Origin: Methanobacteriota archaeon
Lineage (GTDB): Archaea; Thermoplasmatota; Poseidoniia; Poseidoniales; Poseidoniaceae
Direction of reading: 5' to 3'
Length of the DNA stretch: 64,000 bases
Assembly (NCBI GenBank): GCA_004195635.1
Contig: PSPT01000002.1
Location: 26,200 to 90,199 of the forward strand
A program made the position numbers and the translations under genes. Positions 1 through 9,193 of this stretch are shown here, one piece after another. The notes under the pieces are model-generated. The model was not told the DNA's origin. It was given only the letters and a program-made list of their open reading frames with translations, and made no database searches. The number at the start of each line of letters is the position of its first letter. Positions within the stretch are counted from its first letter, which is position 1.

Positions 1-469
1 CATTCTCATAAATTATTTTTCCGGCTTCAGGATAAGTCAAAGCCCAATTGCGAAGTCGCATTGGCATCCAACTGCCCAGTGGATTCAAAACAGAATTCAT
101 TACAAGACCGGGCCACTCCCCGCTAAATTGTGAAATAAAATCATCTGAAACTGCAGAATCAATGGGATGATCCCAACGGTGCATATGGGCAAAGTGCTGG
201 CCAGTTTTTGTTATGAGAAGAGCACTTTGAATATGGCTGGTGATACCAACTTTGGCTATTTTTTTTCTATTTGGTAACGCTTCAATCAACCACTCTCTAA
301 TTCCCTTCCAAATAGAGTCGAGATAATCGCGTGAGTCAATAATCCCACCGGAGTCGTCCCCTGAAGGAAATGGAGTGTGAAAGGCGTGAAGTTTTTCGAA
401 GTTTTTTTCGTCAGTCAAGAGAAGTTTGACGGAACTTGTGCCGACGTCAATGGCCAATACGAGGCTCAA
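1..469 (-). CDS. FGGY-family carbohydrate kinase (gluconokinase/glycerol-kinase-like), partial; the gene runs off the window start
   Basis: The reverse-strand translation from TTG at 467-469 reads LAIDVGTSSVKLLLTD...FHTPFPSGDD...GITSHIQSAL..., the typical FGGY N-terminal actin-fold motif. No stop codon occurs before position 1. Confidence 0.55.
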   Translation of the reverse strand, partial: MSLVLAIDVGTSSVKLLLTDEKNFEKLHAFHTPFPSGDDSGGIIDSRDYLDSIWKGIREWLIEALPNRKKIAKVGITSHIQSALLITKTGQHFAHMHRWDHPIDSAVSDDFISQFSGEWPGLVMNSVLNPLGSWMPMRLRNWALTYPEAGKIIYEN

Positions 470-538
470 TTACAAGCCCCCAAAGAAGATATTTTCCGTC
501 GCTGAATTCCGAGTACATGCATAAGAATACAAAAGTAT

Positions 539-1339
539 TCACCCCTCATAAATGCTTAACCATTCTTGCCAATCAAGAGGCAACCACCCAAGTGAGGACA
601 ATCCTGGCTCTAAATCTACGAATCGAGTCGGAGAGTCAGACTGGGCCGCGGTGAGGAGGAAGTATTGATTTGCTGGAAGTTCATTTTGGCTTGCCGCAAT
701 AAAGAAATTTTTCACATCCTGTTGCAAAAATGCCGTTGCCATAAGTCGGCCACCGCGGCGAACATGTTCAGAATCATCAGGGATGACTGTGCCTATTCTA
801 ACTGAAATAACTTCCATGCTGGATGATGCAAATCCCCTGCCGAGTTCCTCTCCAATAATTTTACTCAAGCCATATGGTGAATCAATACCGACTCCATCCT
901 CGATCCCAATTAGTTTGCCATAAAGATTTCCTCCCTCAATTAATTGCCTCTCTAAGGTAACTTGGGAAAGGCCGGATGATGCAATAATAATTCGTTTAAT
1001 GCCTACTTGCTTTGCTGCTTTTAGGACGGTGTGGGTGCCTACGATATTTACTTCAAGCATTGAGCGCCCCCAATTAGAAGGGTCTGCATCTGCTGCTAAG
1101 TGTATTATTTGGTCATGGCCCTCGAATATTTTTGCTAAACTGTTGACGCTAATTGAGGAGATATCTAAGGACCGGTCAAGGCGATTTAACGCCCCTTTGT
1201 CTTCGACATTCCTACCACGAGAAATACGGTCAGAGTGAGGCCTGTCAATGCCAAAAACCTCGTGGCCCAATTCTTTCAACACATCAAATACCAAACCACC
1301 AATTAGGCCACAAGACCCAGTGATGATAATGCGAGGCAT
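539..1339 (-). CDS. NAD-dependent epimerase/dehydratase (SDR family)
   Basis: Internal start MPRIIITGSCGLIGGLV is a Rossmann GxxGxxG motif. An SDR-like YGLSK (YxxxK) catalytic motif follows. The longer upstream extension of the 314-aa ORF lacks homology-like features. Confidence 0.7.
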   Translation of the reverse strand: MPRIIITGSCGLIGGLVFDVLKELGHEVFGIDRPHSDRISRGRNVEDKGALNRLDRSLDISSISVNSLAKIFEGHDQIIHLAADADPSNWGRSMLEVNIVGTHTVLKAAKQVGIKRIIIASSGLSQVTLERQLIEGGNLYGKLIGIEDGVGIDSPYGLSKIIGEELGRGFASSSMEVISVRIGTVIPDDSEHVRRGGRLMATAFLQQDVKNFFIAASQNELPANQYFLLTAAQSDSPTRFVDLEPGLSSLGWLPLDWQEWLSIYEG

Positions 1340-1631
1340 AAAGGGGCGAGTCGTAAGTAGGGCATAGCCCCTCCGCCGGAAAATGTAATTATTAGCGGGT
1401 GAATTTTTCAATTGAAAAACGATTTTGAAAGGGCCTGAATAATTGCTCAATTGAGAGGCAAATCTGCTAGAGAAAATTGGCAAAAAAATCGCTATTATTC
1501 GGGTCCCTAAATATGCGCATTTGTGACTGCAATAATCCTCTAAATGCTGAAATTATTATCGCAATCAGGGCCGATATGAGTGAATAATCGGGTAAATATT
1601 TCAATTGAAAAAGGATTATTTTAATTGAAAA

Positions 1632-2816
1632 CTACCATTCTGCTCTTGCACCATCTTCTGTGTGCCAAAGAGTGGGAGGATGCGGATTCCATTGCTCAGC
1701 AAATTCACTGATTTTTTCCTCACAAATTTCAATTCCCAAACCGGCAAATTTCGCGCCACTTCTTACTGAAACATACCCTCCTTCAATTTCAAACGGCTTT
1801 TTGATTAAATCAAATGCCCATTCCCAGCCATCACCTGATCGCCCACCCGGCAATCCTGCCCCACCTAGGGACTGAACTTCTTGGGCTATATGTGGAGGAC
1901 AAGCAGCAGCGATTTGCAAACTTGCGGCAGTTTGGATTGGACCATATGGACAGTGTGGGGCGAGGTGAACTTGAGCAGCTTCAGCAGCAAGGCCAACTGC
2001 AAAAGTATCTCTCAAACCCATTAGGGAAATATCTGGTTGAATTATGTCAATTGCTGGAGTTGGGAATAGATGATCAAATGCTATTTGCCGGTTAAGGAAA
2101 CGCTCACCGGCGGCAATTGGAATTGGTTGAGAGCAACGTAGATTACGCAATTCAGACATTGCCTTAGCATCTCCCGGCAGCATTGGCTCCTCAACAAACC
2201 AGGGGTCAAAAGGTGCAACTAATGAAATCGCCCTTCTTCCTGCTGAAGGCGAACAGCGCCCATGCAAGTCAATTGCTAACTTAGCCTCTTTACCAATAGC
2301 ATTGCGGACTTCAGAAACAATTTCAACCATTCCCGAAAGGTCAGCATCACTCACAATACCTCGTAAAGGGCCAACAGGGCTCACTTTCATGGCGGTCATT
2401 CCTTCATTTAATGCTGCAACTGCGGATTTTGCAAATTCTTGGGCTCCCCCCCCCCATATGTTACGGTAAACTTGCACTTTTTCACGTACTTTCCCACCTA
2501 ATAACTCGTGAATAGGGGCGCCGGCTGCCTTTCCTTTGATATCCCACAAAGCCATTTCAATCGCTGCAGCAACCGTATTTAGTACAGGTCCATCTCGCCA
2601 AAAGCGACCATAAAGTAATTCTTGACGCAGGCGTTCAATCTCGGAAATATTACGCCCAATTATTTTCTTGCATGCCGATTGTAGGGCTGCCTCAACTTCT
2701 TCGTGTAAGTCGCCCAGCGCTTCCCCCCATCCGATTTCTCCTTCACTACTTTCAATTCTGACGAGCAACCATCTTGGAGGGCACCGCACCAATTCAGCAG
2801 TAGATATTGTCGGCAT
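1632..2816 (-). CDS. Enolase-superfamily sugar-acid dehydratase (mandelate racemase/muconate lactonizing family; gluconate/galactonate dehydratase-like)
   Basis: Motifs GEIGWGEA, AIEMALWDIKGK, KLAIDLHGR and IEEP-like metal-ligand spacing are typical of the MR/MLE family. The probable start is MPTISTAEL. Confidence 0.75.
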   Translation of the reverse strand: MPTISTAELVRCPPRWLLVRIESSEGEIGWGEALGDLHEEVEAALQSACKKIIGRNISEIERLRQELLYGRFWRDGPVLNTVAAAIEMALWDIKGKAAGAPIHELLGGKVREKVQVYRNIWGGGAQEFAKSAVAALNEGMTAMKVSPVGPLRGIVSDADLSGMVEIVSEVRNAIGKEAKLAIDLHGRCSPSAGRRAISLVAPFDPWFVEEPMLPGDAKAMSELRNLRCSQPIPIAAGERFLNRQIAFDHLFPTPAIDIIQPDISLMGLRDTFAVGLAAEAAQVHLAPHCPYGPIQTAASLQIAAACPPHIAQEVQSLGGAGLPGGRSGDGWEWAFDLIKKPFEIEGGYVSVRSGAKFAGLGIEICEEKISEFAEQWNPHPPTLWHTEDGARAEW

Positions 2817-2946
2817 GGCTTTCAAACTGCACAAAGGGTTCTATTTGATAAATAGACAGGCTCAATGGGATGTGGCTTTAGAATAATTTCGACTTTTTTC
2901 GCACCATATTGGCGCTGCTGAAAAAAGAGTGCTGAGTGGTTGTTGT

Positions 2947-3024
2947 TGGTACTCGATGCGGGATTCGAACCCGCGTTATCGGGATGAAAACCCGAGATGA
3001 TGGACCTGGCTACACTAATCGAGC
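2947..3024 (-). tRNA. tRNA-Glu (anticodon UUC), CCA encoded
   Basis: The reverse complement reads GCUCGAU...UCGGG-UUUUCAU-CCCGA...GCGGGUUCGAAUCCCGC-AUCGAGU-A-CCA. It has a 7-bp acceptor stem, a 5-bp anticodon stem with a 7-nt loop (U33, anticodon UUC, A37), a canonical T-arm GGUUCGAAUCC and a discriminator A. Confidence 0.8.
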
Positions 3025-3101
3025 AACAACCCTGCGCCGCGCTTTACATTGATGAAGGTTAGCCTCCTAGATTAGAGACAGGGGCCTCATTTTCTAAGCA
3101 A

Positions 3102-3707
3102 TTATTCAGCCTGAGGCATTGGTTCTGCAAGACTCTGCCACCAATACCACAACGGAATAAGAAGAATTACACTTACAAATGAAACAACGAAGAATCCCCA
3201 TCCTAATAAGAAATCAATTATTTCCTGCCCATATATTCCAATTAATATTGCTTCCAATCCAAAGCGCAATCCTCTGCCCCATAATCCGGAAACAATGAAT
3301 GAGGTGCGGTTCATTTCACCCATTCCCGCAACCCAACCAAATACCTTGTAGGGAATGGGTGAAAAAGCAGCAATAAAGACGCCAAGTGTCCCATATCGGC
3401 TGATTAAGTTCTCTAAACGAATTAAATGACTTTCCTTGGAATATTTATCTAGAAGAGTTCTGCCCCATTTCCTGCCAATCCACCAAGCAACAAGAGAACC
3501 CAACACACTGGAAAGCGTGCATGAAAGCCACAACCACACGATAGTGGGTATATTCCCTTCGGCATTGAGAAGTTGAGGGAGGAGGAGTACATCGGGAGGT
3601 ATGGGCTGGATAATTGCCTCGGTAAACGACAACCCAATAAGGGAAAGTGGGCCAAAATCGGCAAACCATTCAAGGATCACAGGTTGAAGACCCTCAAACA
3701 TCCCCAT
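3102..3707 (-). CDS. DedA/VTT-domain (SNARE-associated, TVP38/TMEM64-like) membrane protein
   Basis: A multi-TM protein with the DedA-type motif ...IQPIPPDVLLLP... and a G-rich re-entrant region. Confidence 0.6.
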   Translation of the reverse strand: MGMFEGLQPVILEWFADFGPLSLIGLSFTEAIIQPIPPDVLLLPQLLNAEGNIPTIVWLWLSCTLSSVLGSLVAWWIGRKWGRTLLDKYSKESHLIRLENLISRYGTLGVFIAAFSPIPYKVFGWVAGMGEMNRTSFIVSGLWGRGLRFGLEAILIGIYGQEIIDFLLGWGFFVVSFVSVILLIPLWYWWQSLAEPMPQAE

Positions 3708-3885
3708 GTGGGGCGGCTGAGCCTCCGTGCATTTGAGGCTTGACTACGAAAGTCTGTAAGGGAATTAGATTGTAGGGTAGCGGTAGAAAGGCAATATGGC
3801 TGCCAAAATCTAATTCATATTATCTACAATTACCAATTATCATCGCCGGTAGTGTGAATTGTGAGTATTCACTGCGAACGGTTGA

Positions 3886-4374
3886 ATGGAGATACCAGAC
3901 ATCTTGGACACTTCGGCTTTGCTCGCTTGGCCGCCACAAAAATGGTTAGGTTGTTTCTGTGTTTTTGGTCAGATTGTTGAGATGGAACGCCATTCTCCAG
4001 AACGAGCGATGTTATTAGAAAATCAGGGTCCAGATTTTATCATCCCAGATCCAGCCTCAGTCAGCAAAGTTGAAGAAAACGCAGCATTGACTGGTGATTT
4101 ACCAAGACTTTCTCCTGTTGATGTTGAATTATTGGCTCTTACACAACAACTCAACGGAACTCTCCATACAGATGATTACCGAATGCAAAATGTCGCACGA
4201 AAAATGCAACTAAGTTGGAAGGCGGTTAGTGTCAAAGCGAGTAAAGCAGCCTGGTCGTGGATTCTTCTTTGTAGCGGCTGCAGGGCTGTGTCAAAGGTAG
4301 AAAGCAGTGATTCGGATAATATTCCAGAATGTGGAATCTGCGGAAGCCCACAAAAACTTAAGCGAAGTAAATAA
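3886..4374 (+). CDS. nob1: Nob1-like PIN-domain endonuclease with C-terminal zinc ribbon
   Basis: The N-terminal ILDTSALL PIN motif carries the first conserved Asp. The C-terminal CSGC-x17-CGIC forms a 4-Cys zinc ribbon. The ~160-aa size matches archaeal Nob1. Confidence 0.55.
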   Translation: MEIPDILDTSALLAWPPQKWLGCFCVFGQIVEMERHSPERAMLLENQGPDFIIPDPASVSKVEENAALTGDLPRLSPVDVELLALTQQLNGTLHTDDYRMQNVARKMQLSWKAVSVKASKAAWSWILLCSGCRAVSKVESSDSDNIPECGICGSPQKLKRSK

Positions 4375-4385
4375 TAATTACATTA

Positions 4386-4685
4386 TTATTCTTTCTTGGC
4401 ATCAATATCTTCCTTGATTTCGTCAGTATCTCGGCCCTCGGTTTCAATCCCCAACTTCTTCGCCTCTTCTGCAAGTGCAGCCTCTGGAGTCCTTCCTCCT
4501 GATTCAAGGTCTGCTTCAGTATTGTCGCTGCGTGGCATAGAGGTTATTTCCTTCATGCCCTCGGCAAATTCACCTTTTGACTGCCCGAGTGCGCGAGCAA
4601 CCTTTGGTAATCTTTCAGCACCAAAAAGCAAAAAGAAAATGAATAGAATAATTATCAGTTCACCCGACCCAAGTCCGCCTATCAT
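4386..4685 (-). CDS. tatA: Sec-independent translocase subunit TatA/E
   Basis: MIGGLGSGELIIILFIFFLLFGAERLPKVARALGQSKGEFAEG is the TatA TM-hinge-amphipathic signature. The second ATG is preferred because GGAGAT sits 4 nt upstream of it. An acidic C-terminal tail follows. Confidence 0.75.
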   Translation of the reverse strand: MIGGLGSGELIIILFIFFLLFGAERLPKVARALGQSKGEFAEGMKEITSMPRSDNTEADLESGGRTPEAALAEEAKKLGIETEGRDTDEIKEDIDAKKE

Positions 4686-4803
4686 ATGTATCTCCAAAGT
4701 AGCCGGATAGGCTTCTAATGTTCAAGGCTTCGGAAAATAACTGGCAATAATATGCAATAACAAAGAAACTTGCAACGACGAAGAATGGTGAAAAGGTTCT
4801 TGA

Positions 4804-5040
4804 TTATCCTCCGCTCACCGGAGGTAAAAGTGCGAGTTCACATTTTTCGGGCAAAACCGAGTGAGCATCACACATTTCACCATCAACATAGTAGGTTAAT
4901 CCGCCATTTGCCCAATCTTCAATGCCCAAAAATTCAATCACCAAAAAAGGGGTAGTGGGCCCAGGGAGAGGGATAGTTTTTTCTTTCCATCCAAGTATTT
5001 CTGCAAGAGGTCCAAAAGCGACTATCTGCACAAGGGCCAT
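4804..5040 (-). CDS. SAMP/MoaD-type ubiquitin-like small modifier (beta-grasp, C-terminal GG)
   Basis: MALVQIVAFGPLAEILG...ELALLPPVSGG* has the ThiS/MoaD fold signature and a C-terminal diglycine. Confidence 0.75.
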   Translation of the reverse strand: MALVQIVAFGPLAEILGWKEKTIPLPGPTTPFLVIEFLGIEDWANGGLTYYVDGEMCDAHSVLPEKCELALLPPVSGG

Positions 5041-5383
5041 GTCTCCACCACATTCTTCCACGCGGGGGTGTTATGAGAAGGCTTCGCCGAATCATTTCTC
5101 AATATGATTTTCTATATTCTAATTTAGTGAGCATGTATGTATATCTACTTTGAATCAAACATATTGTTCATTTTATGCCAGCCGCAATAAAATATTGTGA
5201 CGCGATTGGAGGTCGCTAAGTGAAAAGTTGAAATATTTTGGAATTATTTTGGATTTTGGAAATATAATAATTAGCAGTCTAAACGCAAGGCGGCTTTTTT
5301 ATTATTCCTTTTGAGAAAAATAATTCAATAATAGGGTGGATTTATTGATATTTTCGCACCACAATTTCTTTGTGTTTTCGCCT

Positions 5384-5396
5384 ATACTATAAATAC
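5384..5396 (+). promoter_or_regulatory. Candidate archaeal TATA box (TATACTATAAATA) upstream of the surface-protein gene
   Basis: An AT-rich TATAAATA element lies about 50 nt upstream of ATG 5446. GGAGG sits 8 nt before the start codon. Confidence 0.3.
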
Positions 5397-5445
5397 GATA
5401 CATTGTCTCACAGGAGACACCGACCGTTAAAGGAGGACTGTGACA

Positions 5446-8400
5446 ATGCGAAAGACAGTGACAATAATGCTTACTTTGGTAATGCTAGCAAGTGTACTTG
5501 CGAACATTAGCCTAGTTGAGCTACAAAATGAAAAAATGAATGATGAAAGCAGTGCAAGATCTGGGCCTGAGGCCGCTTTGGTTGATGTTATCAACCCTCG
5601 CGAAACCTATGAAGATCCTATGAGTCCTGGGACATATACCCATGAGATTCTTGCTGGAGTGGATAGCAACTTTGTTGTTACCATTCAAAATACCGGAGAT
5701 GCAAATATCACTGAGATGAATATTGAAGTGACAGTATATCTTTCAGGTGGAAGCGGTAACATTGCCAAGGATGCACGACCTCGTAAGTTGTGGTGTCGAT
5801 AACCTACCTTATGGTGAATATATGAATGGAGGTTCTTATACAATTAAGGATAGTTCAGGTGCAGCAATTGTTTGGACACCACCAGTGGGTGCCTATGATG
5901 TTGTAGTTAAATTAGTTACTACACAAGATAGTATTCAATCAAATAATGCACTTTCAACATATGTAATGGTCGTTGACTGGTATGATATAGATATTGATAT
6001 GGTTTGGGATTCAAATCAGGATGACCACATTACAGGTGGAGGCACTCATGCCTTTACCATGTCAGTTTCTCTCAATGGTTCTACGAACTGGGATGCAAGA
6101 AATGTAAGTGTTTCATTGCTCTCCAGTGGCTCAGGATTAACAAGTGCTACCGGTAACAGTGGTGCAGACGACCTACTCGCAGGAGCATCAGTAATGGCAG
6201 GAGTTCTAAACGCTACAGCACTTGTATGGCAAAACATGTCAGAAAATGTTGATATTAATTCTTCAGCTTTCCAATTGAACTGGGGCGATACTTACACCTA
6301 TTCTGGTGCAGTTGAAACTGATAGTGGAGTAACAACTGGAGTTTACGATATAGTTGCAACTCTTAACTCTTACAAAATATTTTCACAGAAGCCAGATTGT
6401 GCGGCTGATGAAACAATCATTGTTGACAATGGTCCTGATGGCCAACCTGGCGGTGGGGATGACATCACAGAGATAGTAACAGTTTACCACATGTGTGATG
6501 ACGGAGAATCTGTCTCAGACGGTAATAATGCAAATAACGAAGCAGAACTATTTGGTTCACTTCAAAACTTCCATGATATTGCAGTTGTTGAAATGACTGT
6601 TCTTCAAGGATATGGAACTGGTGGCGTAGGAGCTCCTTCGGTACTAGCCCAAGACGGGGCATCTCTTGGTGTTGGATTCAGCCGCATTTTGGTTGAAGTA
6701 ACTCACAAGGGTAGCACACTTACCGAAACTTATGATTGGACAGTTAACATCGAAATCGTAGATACCTTTGGTGGCGGAGTAGTTGCTACATATGATGTTG
6801 ATGATTGTATTGACGGCCTACCAGCAGGTATGATGCCTTATAATCACAAGGACCTCGGAGACGATGGTGGCCAAGGTGGAGCCGAATTAATCGGCCATGC
6901 ATGTGCACAACATGACTTTGGTGCCGGAACAACCGGTGGCGGTCAATTTGATATCACCGCAACAGTTAGCATGGTAAACCCACCTGCTAGCGGAGACATG
7001 GTAAGCCGAAATGACGACACGACAGGTTCTTTCATGGTATTCAATAACCGACCTGTTGCATCAGCAGCAGTTGAATCCGATGGCGACATTATTGTAGGTG
7101 ACATAGTAACTCTTATGGCTAGTGGTTTTGATGCAGATGACCCTGATGGTCAATCTCTGTCATACAATTGGACTCGAACTACCTCAAATGGTTCAATGGA
7201 CGATATGGTCTTCTGTGACGATCAAGGAATGATGTGCGCAATTCCAGTTATGGATAACTGGGTTGGAACACTTCCAGTATCTGTGGTAGTTACCGACGGA
7301 TATGGTTTGGAAAGCGAACCAGCATCTGCAAACGTTCATGTGTACAACATGATTGAAGCTAATTCAATAAGTGCAAGTGGAGCAGAAATGAATTATTCAC
7401 TAACTTATGATTCCACTCAGTTGTTTGAAGTAACAATTACCGATGCAAGCCCAATTGTTGAGGAACTATTGCCTAACCAAGGAGATATTCCATACGATTC
7501 AGTAGTTTCATTGGACTACACCAATTCTCTTGGAACCCTTGGGGCAACAGCATCTGTTTTGACGCAATCCATGGACTTAACTTTTGAAGGCGCAAGTGAC
7601 GGAACCTATTCCATGTGGTATGGCGTAAGCAACCAATGGGAAATGATTGGAAATACGCTTTCAACAGTTGATAGCACTCACGTAATGCTTTCTGCAGATA
7701 TGTCAAGCCGAACAAACATCCTCGGCCCAGGTACAATTGCTGTATTCGAAGCAAGTGGCGACCAACCAACTGTTCCAGAAGCAGGTGTTGCAAGTATTTC
7801 CGCAGTATCGCAAGCAGGTGGTTCAATTGTAATTAGTTGGACTGCAGACGGCGTAATGGTTGAAGGCGACAGTTTTGAAGTTTGCATTGACTCATGCCCT
7901 AACCCAATAGTTCTCGACAGAACTATTTCGACCTACACAATGGCAGGCGCAATTCATGGACAATCATACAGTATTACTGTTAAGGTAATCAATTCCGCTG
8001 GTGCAAATGGAGTATTTGGTTCAGTAACTCATGTTGCTGACACACAAGTTGACCCAGCTGCTGCTGCTGATGCTTTAACCTTCACCGCATCTGGCGATGA
8101 CATTATTGTCGCTTGGACCGCTGGAGAAACAACTGATGTTGTGAAATGGAAGGTTTGCTGGGATACAAATACTTTTGTTGAAAATGACATGGCATTTTGG
8201 ACTGTAGACGACAAATGTGATTTCACAACAGATGCAACTGCTAGTCACACCATTCCAAAGTCTTCTGTCTCTGGTGACCACGTTATCCACGTGGCAGTCG
8301 GTGGAGTAGATTCAGTCGGAAATGAGGAGTCAAATGATGCTATGAACAGTTATTCATACACAATTGAAGGCTCAACCGGCAGTGGAACAGGAACAGTCGG

Positions 8401-8539
8401 AGATACTGTTGAAGATGGAGGCGTACCAGGCTGGGCTTGGGGAGCAATCATTGGAATAGTAGTTCTAGCATTTGTAGTCGGAGCATTCATCCTTTCACGA
8501 GGTAATGAAGGCGATGATAGCAAGGAATGGGACTACTGA
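5446..8539 (+). CDS. Large cell-surface protein (signal peptide, PKD/FN3-like beta-sandwich repeats, C-terminal TM anchor) interrupted by an apparent frameshift near 5732-5802
   Basis: The frame-1 ORF 5440-5802 encodes a signal peptide plus about 100 aa. The frame-2 ORF, open from 5732 to 8539, encodes about 930 aa and ends with a TM helix and an RGNEGDD tail. The two overlap by about 70 nt. The downstream ORF has no signal peptide of its own. Confidence 0.6.
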
Positions 8540-8597
8540 AGTTAATCTCTGATTAGCCAATCCCATACAATAACCCATCCAAGAGATGGCGATTTTG

Positions 8598-8634
8598 CCG
8601 GGGGCCTCGTGAGCGGGGTCCTCGGCCTTTTTTT
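8598..8634 (+). terminator. Intrinsic-terminator-like element: 9-bp GC-rich hairpin (with G-U pairs) plus a T7 tract
   Basis: ccgggggcc-N10-ggtcctcgg is followed by cc and TTTTTTT, immediately after the stop of the 5446-8539 gene. Confidence 0.45.
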
Positions 8635-9193
8635 ATTTTAAATTCTTATCCTTATTTCCTTAGAGGGCAAATGATTTCATTACATGAGTGTAGTTTAGTG
8701 GAGAATAATAGATCTGTGAATTGGATAAAGTTTCTTATTTTCCTTATCCGTTTTTAGTTATTCCACACGTGAGATATTATTTCCTCTGTTCTGGAATGAC
8801 ATCAAAATCGACTATTAGGAAACTTCCGATTTGGGTAAAAGGTGCAACGGCTATAATAGAAAATATGCGTGCCAGTTTGGAATTATTATAGGGTGATTAA
8901 ATAATATTATTGTGGCGTTGAAATAATATGGAAAAAATAACATTCTGTAATTTGCTAACTAGTTGAGGCCAATGTCATGCGGTATGCCGTTTTTCTGTGC
9001 GGTAGCAGCATTATATAAGCACATAATAATTTTCTTACAAACATGTTGTACCAGTGGGGGTGGGTATATTCTCATCAATAAACGCCATGCTGCGTAGCCA
9101 AAGTATATCTTAATTCAAACCGAATGCACCCCAACGCCTATAAGGGGTGCAGGGCCTCGGATGCTTTGCATACAGAGCGTATGAGGTGATGAC

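Noticed and set aside
436-654. 72-aa + strand ORF, and 999-1238
   Set aside because: They overlap the FGGY-kinase and SDR genes on the opposite strand and have no motif support.
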